52,324 bases of DNA from an uncultured bacterium (GTDB lineage: Bacteria > B130-G9): contig CAYZPW010000009.1 of the NCBI GenBank assembly GCA_964480475.1, forward strand, positions 1-52,324. The letters are read 5' to 3'. Positions 8,782 through 17,032 of this stretch are shown in pieces; position 1 is the stretch's first letter, and the number at the start of each line of letters is the position of its first letter. Made by a program: the position numbers and the translations under genes. The notes below the pieces were generated by a model that was not told where the DNA came from, searched no databases, and saw only the letters and a program-made list of their open reading frames with translations.

Positions 8782-10520
8782 GATGCCTCAATCGTTCGTT
8801 TTCGGTTGGAGCGGAAATGAAGCAACATTCCAGCAACGAGGCAGGCCGAACCGATGTAGAACGCCGGGGTCCCGGGGTCGCGGCTCACGCCTAGTATCGA
8901 CACCATCGCGCCATCCTCCGCCTCATCGTAAGCGGATTGGAACAACTTGTAGCCGCCATAGTCGAGCGGGTTGTTTGGGCTGATCGTACAGGTGAAGGCC
9001 TCGCCGCCACGCGCCGTGACGGCCACGGTGCTGATATAGGCGGAGGGCATCATGCTGGACGGATACGTGCGCGCCTCGAACTTCTCCAGGAAAACCTCGA
9101 ATCCGAGCGGCACTCTAGGCCTTCTGAGGTCTAGCGTCATCCTGCCCTCCGGCGTGGGCAGGATGACGGCCTCACCCAGCGGGACCCATTCCCGGTGCAG
9201 GGCTTTGCCCGACGCATCTCGGACGCTCACCCGAACACATTCGGTTGTGGTCTCCCCCGACGCTGCGCCCTCGATGACCTCGTATCTTCTTGAGGCGCTG
9301 CCCCAGAAGTTCTCAACGGTTACGTGCACGCCGTCCGTGCCGGGGACCAGAAACGTGTCGCCGACCGCGGCCCTGGCCACGAGTTCGGCGCCTTTTACGA
9401 ATACAAAGGGCTGGCCGGGCGCGGCGAGGACAACGATCCTGCCTTTGTCTCGCGAAGGCTCCCCAGCATCAACGGCCTCAAACAGGTATTCGATCGACAC
9501 GCCGGGCGGCAGGGACGGCGCGTGAAACCCGCGCGACTTCCCAAACAGCCACATCGTGCTCGTCTGGCTCCCGAATTGCAGCTCAATCTGTATCGCGGGG
9601 TTGTTCGGCCCGCTAGACCGAGAACTCACCTGCATATCTTGGTCCATCACGAAGTCGGGCACGTATCTCAGTATCTTGAGGTGGCCCTTTTGACCGGCGA
9701 AGCTATGCGCGAGCCCCACTTTGGCCTCACCGGACTCGAGGTTGATGGTTTGCCTGCCCAACTCGGTCGTGATGACGAGCTGTTCCTTCGGCGGCCTCGG
9801 TAACTTGACGGCGGCCGCCGCGGCGGATTCGGTCAGCTCGGACAGGAATCCCGAATACTCGTCCCCATCCGCCGCGAAGATGAACTCGAAGTCAACAGCC
9901 CCGACGGCGCCCCGCGACTCGTCGGGAATGTTGGCGAACAGCGTGATATTGCCGCTTGCGTCCTTGTTGAAGACCGAAAGCGCAATCGCCGGCTCGCTGA
10001 ATCCTTCGTCAAGCGGCAGAATTCTCGGCAGGACCTCCTGCGGGTCGGGCACGTATCTTTCGGCTAGGACCGCGATTCGTCCGCCGGCGAGGCCGATCTG
10101 CCCGGTGAGGTCGGACCGCCTAGATTCGCTCGTTACGAGGCCACTTATCGAAACTGAGCGGCTGTCAGAGCCAAGAGTTGCCGTGAGGAAAAGCTCTTCG
10201 AGTTCAAACGAATCGCTTGAGCGCCCCTCCCGAAACGTGAGCGTCCCTCTTACCGCCAGGCCCCAGGTAAGGAACCCGCCCGCGATAACAATGAGCACGC
10301 CGAGGTGAATCAGGAGAAGCCCGAACCGCCCGGCGCGGGGACGCCTGCGAACGACCTGGGCCACAAGCGCGGCCGCAAGGACTGCGAAAATGCCTGCGAA
10401 CCACGCCCTCCCATAGACAAGCGCCATTGCCCGCTCATAAGGCAGGAAAGTTGCGGCGTAAATGACGACCACAACGATGATGCACAGGAGGATAACACCC
10501 AGCCAGGCGCCGGTTCTCAT
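8778..10520 (-). CDS. ccsB: System II cytochrome c biogenesis protein CcsB/ResB
   Basis: N-terminal transmembrane helices, a large periplasmic domain and a C-terminal transmembrane segment (YIGSACLVAGMLLHF). Operon partner of ccsA. Confidence 0.8.
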   Translation of the reverse strand: MRTGAWLGVILLCIIVVVVIYAATFLPYERAMALVYGRAWFAGIFAVLAAALVAQVVRRRPRAGRFGLLLIHLGVLIVIAGGFLTWGLAVRGTLTFREGRSSDSFELEELFLTATLGSDSRSVSISGLVTSESRRSDLTGQIGLAGGRIAVLAERYVPDPQEVLPRILPLDEGFSEPAIALSVFNKDASGNITLFANIPDESRGAVGAVDFEFIFAADGDEYSGFLSELTESAAAAAVKLPRPPKEQLVITTELGRQTINLESGEAKVGLAHSFAGQKGHLKILRYVPDFVMDQDMQVSSRSSGPNNPAIQIELQFGSQTSTMWLFGKSRGFHAPSLPPGVSIEYLFEAVDAGEPSRDKGRIVVLAAPGQPFVFVKGAELVARAAVGDTFLVPGTDGVHVTVENFWGSASRRYEVIEGAASGETTTECVRVSVRDASGKALHREWVPLGEAVILPTPEGRMTLDLRRPRVPLGFEVFLEKFEARTYPSSMMPSAYISTVAVTARGGEAFTCTISPNNPLDYGGYKLFQSAYDEAEDGAMVSILGVSRDPGTPAFYIGSACLVAGMLLHFRSNRKRTIEAS

Positions 10521-10613
10521 ATTTCGAGTATTCCAGCGATCAGGCAGGCATGGCGACCTGGCGTTACGCTATGAAGCAATCCTGGTATAGGCTGGCTAAA
10601 GAGGCAAAAGGGA

Positions 10614-11684
10614 TTATTCCTGCACAAGCTCCCAGACAGAGTTCATCAGCATCCGACCGGGCTGGATACCGCCAAAGAACAAGGCGCGATTCGCATTCGA
10701 ATCCCAGGTCGCGGCGGCGGACGCGAGCTGAAGCGTAACCGGCAGTTTCGTCTTAATCCGCGACCAAGTATATGTCTCAAGGTCTAGAGCCTGCACATCA
10801 GAGATGTATTTGTCTGCCAATGTCACGCCGCCGAAGGTGATCATCCGGTGCTTCGTGGGGTCGTAAACGGAGCAATGTGTGAGTCGCACTTCGACCTCGA
10901 TGCCCTTGACTTCGATTTTCTTCCATTCGAGCTTTGCGAGGTCGAGCGCCCAAACATCATTGAAGAGCTGCTCCTTGCCAGTCTTATCCGTCCCAATCCC
11001 GCCGAAAACGACGAGTGAGTGCGTCTTGGGATCATAGATTTGCGTATGCTGGTTTCGCGGGAACGGCGCCTCACCCTTGGTCTCCAGCTTCTTCCACTTG
11101 AAGTCCTTCAGAGAGAGAGCATACGCATTGCCGTAATAAACGATTCTGTGCCGCGTGTTGTCGGGGTTCTCCCACGCGGAGCCGCCCATGAAGACCATCG
11201 AATCGGCTTTGGGATCGTAGATGGGCGTCGAGATAACCTTGGGCACGTCCCCGGCCAGCGCTACCTTGCTCCATTTGTTCTCCGCAAAACTATACCAGTC
11301 GGTTTCGATCCCCTCACCTAGCATCTTGTGCACTATCACGACGAGTCGGTCTCGCTTCTTATCGTAGATGCCGACCGCCGCGACAATCTTCTTCAAATCG
11401 CCATTTGACGGCTTTATCTGCGACCACTCTTTGGTCTTGAGGTCAAGCGCCCACAGATCTCCTGGTGAGTTCATCGTCTTGAGCCTGCCGGCGCAAATGA
11501 TCATCTGGTTCTTCCGAAAGAACGTCACGGACAGGATGCGCGGCTCGGGACCCGCATTCTTAGTTGTCATCTCCGAGAATCTCGCGAGCTGAGCGTCTTT
11601 CTTCCCGGCCCACGCGAAGGAAAGACCCACGACAAAACACAAAACAACGAGCAAAGCCACCTTGCGCTTCAAGGACATAATCAC
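10614..11684 (-). CDS. Secreted Kelch-repeat beta-propeller protein
   Basis: Signal peptide followed by repeated Kelch-type blocks (..VVFGGIG.., ..MITFGGV.., W-containing blades). Confidence 0.7.
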   Translation of the reverse strand: MIMSLKRKVALLVVLCFVVGLSFAWAGKKDAQLARFSEMTTKNAGPEPRILSVTFFRKNQMIICAGRLKTMNSPGDLWALDLKTKEWSQIKPSNGDLKKIVAAVGIYDKKRDRLVVIVHKMLGEGIETDWYSFAENKWSKVALAGDVPKVISTPIYDPKADSMVFMGGSAWENPDNTRHRIVYYGNAYALSLKDFKWKKLETKGEAPFPRNQHTQIYDPKTHSLVVFGGIGTDKTGKEQLFNDVWALDLAKLEWKKIEVKGIEVEVRLTHCSVYDPTKHRMITFGGVTLADKYISDVQALDLETYTWSRIKTKLPVTLQLASAAATWDSNANRALFFGGIQPGRMLMNSVWELVQE

Positions 11685-11914
11685 ACCTCCTGAGTAAACG
11701 TTCTCAGCTACTAATACACCTATTAGAATCTAGACCCGCCCATTATGAAAGGCCACATTGCGCGTGTCAAGGTCTGCCGCGCTAATAGCTGCACCTTGCG
11801 ACAGGAGGTCCCGGCACAAGTGGAACTGATGCGACCTGGCCGCTCGTTCCAGTTGACAAGGCAACGCTGGTCGCCTAACTTGAGTCTCCGACTTAAGAGG
11901 GTGACTTAATACGA

Positions 11915-13489
11915 TTGGAGTGGTTTCAGAGCGACATTATGAGAACCTTTGTCTTCAGCATCAGAAGCTCGAAAGCTGGCCGACCGGTCTTCTGGCTCCT
12001 GCCGGCCTTTGCCCTCTCGCATCTTGCGGCGCATCTGTTGGGAATCGGCTTCTGTCGCGAGCCCGTCTGGGGGGCGGTGCAGCTGGTCAGTCCTGAACTT
12101 CTGAGACATAACCTGGCGGAGAGCCTCCTCTATTTGCACAGCCAGCCACCTCTATTCAACCTGTTCTTGGGGATAGTTCTCAAGCTCGCCTCCAGGCACT
12201 CCAGATTGATCTTTTACGCCATTTATCTAGTCTGCGGCCTATCGCTCTACTGCTCTCTCTTCCTGCTTCAGGTGAGACTGGGTGTAAAAAGGTGGCTCGC
12301 CTTCGCACTAGCCACATGGTTCATAATGAGCCCCACGTTTATCTGGCATCAGCACGGCGTGAACTATCCGATAGTATTGGCAACCGTTCTTCTGGTTTCT
12401 GCTCTCTTGTTGCATCAGTACCTGGTGAGGCATGGTCGCGCGGTGGCCTTCTGCTTTTTCTTCTGTCTCTTTCTTCTAGCAGGCATTCGATCACTCTATC
12501 ATCTGTCGTATTTCGTTCTGGTAGTTATAGCACTGCTTGCGCCATGTTGGCCCAACCGGAAGAGAATAGTGCTGGCGGCCCTCGTGCCGTTCCTCTTGAT
12601 CCTGTCGATTTACGTCAAGAATCTCGTCCTATTTGGCAAGTTCACGGCGAGCTCCCTGCTGGGGATGAACGTCTCTGTCGTGGCGACCGGCAACGTCACA
12701 ATAGAAGAGCGTCAACGATTGGTGCGCGAGGGGAAACTGTCCGAGTTATCATTGATTACGCGATTCTCAGATCTGGAGAGGTATCCTAAGAGATTTCGAG
12801 AACTGAAAGGGTACGAGGGTATCCCTGTTCTGACGCAGGTCAGAAAGCCGAGCGGTGCTCTCAATCTTAATCATCTGGCCTACATCGCGGTTTCAGACCA
12901 ATACCTAAGAGATTCTCTTTACATAGTGAAGAATCGCCCTAAGGCCTATGTCAAAGGCCTGATAAAGTCCTGGATGCTCTACCTCTTTCCGGGTCGAATC
13001 ATGATGCCCATGATGCCGCCTCCCTCTTTCTCAGAATATGACAACGTCCATCTCTATTCTAATGTTTTTCAGTCATTTTTCTTCTGCAAGATACCCTACG
13101 AGTTCTCAAAGACAGGCCTTCGCCCCTTCACCTTTATCCCCTCCTACCGGTTTCATCTCCTTTTGTTTTTGGGGCTACCGCTCCTGTTCATATACGGACT
13201 GACACTGTCTCTGAGAAAGCGTTCCGTAGCAGAAGACCGCGACCCAGCGATACTGGACCGCAGTCAGAGAATCGTCGTCGGTTACTTGTGCTTGACAATA
13301 GCCTACGTAGCAATCATAGGGAACGCACTTGAGACAGGCGAGAACATGCGCTTTAGATTCCAGACGGACCCGTTCTACGTGGTATTGCTGGGCCTCTTCA
13401 TACAGTTCTTTCTGATACCTCGTCTGGCCAGGGCACTGAATAGAATACGTCGGTCTGATGCCGCCCGAAGGCCCGAACAACTGCAATGA
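11915..13489 (+). CDS. Polytopic integral membrane protein of unknown function with GT-C glycosyltransferase-like topology; noticeably lower GC than the surrounding sequence
   Basis: 524 aa. Many transmembrane helices in the N-terminal 240 aa, a soluble middle region, then C-terminal transmembrane helices. Codon usage is AT-rich relative to neighbouring genes. Confidence 0.45.
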   Translation: MEWFQSDIMRTFVFSIRSSKAGRPVFWLLPAFALSHLAAHLLGIGFCREPVWGAVQLVSPELLRHNLAESLLYLHSQPPLFNLFLGIVLKLASRHSRLIFYAIYLVCGLSLYCSLFLLQVRLGVKRWLAFALATWFIMSPTFIWHQHGVNYPIVLATVLLVSALLLHQYLVRHGRAVAFCFFFCLFLLAGIRSLYHLSYFVLVVIALLAPCWPNRKRIVLAALVPFLLILSIYVKNLVLFGKFTASSLLGMNVSVVATGNVTIEERQRLVREGKLSELSLITRFSDLERYPKRFRELKGYEGIPVLTQVRKPSGALNLNHLAYIAVSDQYLRDSLYIVKNRPKAYVKGLIKSWMLYLFPGRIMMPMMPPPSFSEYDNVHLYSNVFQSFFFCKIPYEFSKTGLRPFTFIPSYRFHLLLFLGLPLLFIYGLTLSLRKRSVAEDRDPAILDRSQRIVVGYLCLTIAYVAIIGNALETGENMRFRFQTDPFYVVLLGLFIQFFLIPRLARALNRIRRSDAARRPEQLQ

Positions 13490-13686
13490 TGCTCTAGCGG
13501 CTCCGTGAGCCGCGCCTACTCAGTCTCCTTCACCTTCTCCGCTTCGGCCCTTTCAAGCCCGGCACGGTTCCGCTCGCTCTGGCCCCTGCTGATTAGCGCC
13601 ATTGCTAGGGCCTGAGTTTCCTAGTTATGTGATTGGCGCGGTCGTAATTGTCCCTTTAGAGCGGCATATTGGGGAATGGGTTTGTA

Positions 13687-13944
13687 TTACCCTGCGGTGA
13701 GTATCGCGGCGAGGTTTAAGGCTTCGGCAAGTTTGCGTTGCTTAGGTGACATGCGGCTGATCGCGATATGGTCTTTGGGGCGGGCAAGGGTTCCTCTTGG
13801 GTATATGACGGCGACTTCTCGAATCGCCGGAAGTTCCTTCAGCATTGCCGGGAGCGACAGGTCGATTCCCGCCTCGAATGCCTGCTTTCGGGCCAGCGTG
13901 GACAAAAGAAGCGCCAGCACACAGTAAAATCCATGAACCCGCAA
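13687..13944 (-). pseudogene. Short ORF, possibly a fragment of an IS transposase; uncertain
   Basis: 85 aa (…PRGTLARPKDHIAISRMSPKQRKLAEALNL…) lying next to the clear transposase C-terminal fragment. Its order relative to that fragment is scrambled. Assignment is weak. Confidence 0.2.
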
Positions 13945-13954
13945 CTTCTGGTCA

Positions 13955-14200
13955 GTCCAGTGTTAGACCGGCTGCCAACGTAGGAAAGCAACATTCTTCA
14001 TGCTCTTAAATGACTCCTCGACGCGGGTCAGGCCCCGATATGCCTCAATGACCCGCCCGGACGTCCAGTCAAGGTGGTTGGTCACAAGCAACGTCCTGGC
14101 GAGGCGCTCGTTCGTCAGTCGATTAAGCGCGGCGTGGTCCACTTCGTAGCAGCAGACGACGTGATACGCTCCTTGCTCAGCATCGAGGATTGTAGTTTCC
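13955..14200 (-). pseudogene. C-terminal fragment of a DDE transposase (IS4/IS701/ISH3-like) that disrupts the gene immediately upstream
   Basis: Translation ...LNRLTNERLARTLLVTNHLDWTSGRVIEAYRGLTRVEESFKSMKNVAFLRWQPV* matches the LxTN-x9-IxxY-xx-(R/x)xxxEExFKxxK C-terminal signature. Positions 14052-14110 are about 90% identical, in inverted orientation, to window positions 1-60. Confidence 0.55.
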
Positions 14201-14211
14201 GCGTCATCTCC

Positions 14212-14577
14212 CTACAGCGACACCCAGCTCTGCATGTTGAACGGAAACGCCTCGCCGTTGGTTGAGGCGGCATAAGTTCCTGCGGCAGCGTGGATTGTGT
14301 GCACATTTTCCTTGCTGCCAGGATTATTTGAGGCGATCCGATCGAGAGCGTGCGTGATAGTGAGCCAGGGCTGCCCCTGGCTCCCATCATTACTGTCATC
14401 CCCAGCATCGGCATCGACATAATAGTTTGACGCCGCGCTGAAACCGACAGCTCCCACAACCAAGAAAACAGAGACAAGAACCGCAAAAGGAAACTTACAC
14501 GTGATGGCAAAACCTCTATCTTTCACAGTGATGCGAGCGAAGCACTCTGGCTTTCCTAGCCTGCTTCGCCCGGTCAC
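14212..14577 (-). pseudogene. N-terminal fragment of a secreted right-handed beta-helix protein (pectate-lyase-like fold), interrupted by a stop codon and fused in-frame to transposase-derived sequence
   Basis: Signal peptide followed by YVDADAGDDSNDGSQGQPWLTITHALD...HAAAGTY, the typical start of beta-helix proteins. A TAG follows, after which the same frame continues with GDDAETTILDAEQGA and then runs into the transposase fragment. Confidence 0.45.
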
Positions 14578-15011
14578 AAGTGGATGGATTTATAGATCAT
14601 CTGTATCACCCAGCCGATTGCTGCCGCAGCAAGGGCAATCAATAGAACCGTGTTGACTACAGATATGGCATCCGAGCCGAGAAAGCCCCACATGATGACT
14701 GAGAGCCCACCACCAATAAATGCGCCGAAGATTGCACCTATTATCGCTATATCCGACCCCAAACCTGAAAGGCCACCAACGAGAGCGCCAAGTAATACCA
14801 TTAGAACCAGCAGACGGCGCTGGTCCGATGAGGCATCGTCGCTAACAAATGAGATCTTATTCTGCTTTCCGGGCGGTTCCACTGCGGGCTGGAGTTCTAC
14901 ACGGCAGGACTGGGCAGGCCAGCCTAACCGTTCGCAGGCATCTGAAGCGAGAGGGGCATCGATTTCAGCCGTCTCTCTGGTGATTAGATTAACAATGCGG
15001 TAACGCGGCAC
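14574..15011 (-). CDS. Hypothetical small membrane protein with glycine-zipper transmembrane segments
   Basis: 145 aa. A soluble N-terminus is followed by GxxxG-rich helices (GLSGLGSDIAIIGAIFGAFIGGGLSVIMWGFLG). Confidence 0.4.
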   Translation of the reverse strand: MPRYRIVNLITRETAEIDAPLASDACERLGWPAQSCRVELQPAVEPPGKQNKISFVSDDASSDQRRLLVLMVLLGALVGGLSGLGSDIAIIGAIFGAFIGGGLSVIMWGFLGSDAISVVNTVLLIALAAAAIGWVIQMIYKSIHL

Positions 15012-15783
15012 GGTTCCGCCTCCCCGGAATCGTCATTTGCGGCATCGAGACGTGTGGGATCAACAGCCAATAAGAAGATAGGAAGTCAGACAACAAACTT
15101 AGCCCTCATAGCAGTACCTCCGCCCTTACAGGAACTGATAGAATCCCCTGAAACTGATGATCCCCTGGCATCCGAATGCCCGTTCCCTCCCAAGAACCGC
15201 GCACACCTCAGCACGAATAACGCTCGTAACCAATCATCGAACCACAGATTTGCTCCTGTTTCAAGACCTTTCCCCATCTGTGCCATCTTGTCCGATTGCG
15301 CCCGCCAGCGACGTTTTCTACGTGTCAGAGAGGCAAAGCGATGTTATCGGTATCTGGGCAGTTGTGTATGTGTGTGTGCAGCAAGAGGGTGGAGTATGGG
15401 ATAGGGGATGAGGTTTTAGCGCTGAAAATGACAGCCGAATATTCAGAGGAACCGGGAGGGGACTAGACGTGCTCTATGCCACTGCGGGGAGAGATCTGGG
15501 GCGAGCAGTAATCGTGTTAAGAATGTTCTCGATTAAGCTGAGGAGTTGGCGATCTCCAGGAGTTTCCTTTCTTAGGGTTGGATGGGGCGCCCTTTCGAGG
15601 GCCCCCGAACTTGCGAAAAGGGTCTTTGAGGGCGTGGCCGACGTCGATGGGAGGGGAGAAGATGATGAGAAACAGACCGAAGCTACCTAACTAGAACTGA
15701 CACAGACAATGAGGGCGCCTTCAGCCGGAAAGGCGTTGTTGATGGCCGGGTCGATACGATTTGGCGCGGCTGATGCTGTCCGA

Positions 15784-16101
15784 TCAGCCCTTTTCGGATA
15801 CTGGAACGCCTTCCAGCCTGTCCAGCCTTTCCTCAATCCTTGTGAGGGTATCCATGACCGCCGGTTCCGTTTCTTCCTTACGTGTGAATGCCGGATTGTT
15901 GACCCACCAGTCCATTCCCATCTCTTTGGCCTTATCTACGGAACAAATGACAAGTCGCAGCTGAATCGTCAAGAGCTCGACATCCACCAAGCTTATGCGG
16001 ATATCACCGGCTATGACGATCCCCTTATCCAGGACGCGTTCGAGGAGGTCGGCGATATTGGTGCTTTGGATCGAATGGGTTGGTGCCCGCTGAATGGCCA
16101 T
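15784..16101 (-). CDS. gvpJ: Gas vesicle protein GvpJ (GvpA/J/M family with a C-terminal extension)
   Basis: Core motif DLLERVLDKGIVIAGDIRISLVDVELLTIQLRLVICSVDKAKEMG. Confidence 0.85.
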   Translation of the reverse strand: MAIQRAPTHSIQSTNIADLLERVLDKGIVIAGDIRISLVDVELLTIQLRLVICSVDKAKEMGMDWWVNNPAFTRKEETEPAVMDTLTRIEERLDRLEGVPVSEKG

Positions 16102-16353
16102 CCTAAGACCTCCGGTTTAGATTGATTATTACTGATTGCTTTCTATCTGTGCGGTTTTTCAATGTTGAGATGAAGATTGAAGATAGCTCATGCGCTTCAA
16201 TCGTCAATCATCAATCCATATAGTTGTCATTGCTCCGGCCACCTGTTTTTCCTCCGCCACCAGTAAATCACACAGAGTAGTATCCCTATAGCCACGGCCA
16301 GAATGGCCACGACTAAGACTCCTTCTGGTTCATGGCCATGCGCTGTGGATGAG

Positions 16354-16749
16354 TTATAGTAGTTTTCCAAGCGGCCCTAGATCGAGATTGAGGTCTTCGT
16401 CCTCGAGGCCGAACTCCTTACGAAGCCTTTCGATCTCCTGGGCTTGCTTCATCAGCGTTATCCCCAATTCTTCGATTTCATCATCATTCAGTGACTTTGC
16501 CTCGATGCGCCGGAGCGCCTGTCGCTCCAAAAGCTCATGCAGCAGTTTGACCAGTGTGAGCACCAGTTGGCCGAGGCCGTTTTTCACATCGTTCTGATTC
16601 AGGTTCAGGCGGCCCGCGCATTTGCGTTCAGATTCCGCACTTTTTTCCCCCTTTGCCGGGGAGCGTTGGAAAAAACCGCTGCTCTGCATCACCTTCGCGA
16701 AATCACCGAGCGCCTCTGACTCTATCTTTGAGTGTTTCTCAGAATACAT
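16354..16749 (-). CDS. gvpK: Gas vesicle protein GvpK
   Basis: LVLTLVKLLHELLERQALRRIEAKSLNDDEIEELG matches the GvpK signature. The start is taken at the internal Met (MYSEK) so the gene does not overlap the upstream one. The annotated ORF extends to 16806. Confidence 0.8.
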   Translation of the reverse strand: MYSEKHSKIESEALGDFAKVMQSSGFFQRSPAKGEKSAESERKCAGRLNLNQNDVKNGLGQLVLTLVKLLHELLERQALRRIEAKSLNDDEIEELGITLMKQAQEIERLRKEFGLEDEDLNLDLGPLGKLL

Positions 16750-16759
16750 GCCTATCCCC

Positions 16760-16999
16760 TTATGCCCGCCGTTCCCGTGCTGACTTTCTTCCCCAGCGGG
16801 AACCATCGGTATCGAAAGGGATCATCTCGCGGGCGGTTTCAATCGATGTCAGCACAACTTGAAGAGAGAGGTAGATCAGATCGATGTTCGCCACCGAAAT
16901 GGTCACCTCCCCCCTCACGACCGCACCTTTGTTGAGGATGCGATCGAGGGCCTCACATAAAGAGACCTGCTCGGTTTCTTCCAACGCATATTCGGGCAT
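16760..16999 (-). CDS. GvpA-family minor gas vesicle protein (GvpM/GvpS-like)
   Basis: 79 aa containing LCEALDRILNKGAVVRGEVTISVANIDLIYLSLQVVLTSIETAREM. Confidence 0.7.
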   Translation of the reverse strand: MPEYALEETEQVSLCEALDRILNKGAVVRGEVTISVANIDLIYLSLQVVLTSIETAREMIPFDTDGSRWGRKSARERRA

Positions 17000-17032
17000 A
17001 AGGCACCTTTTGATTCAATCCATAATCCATCG

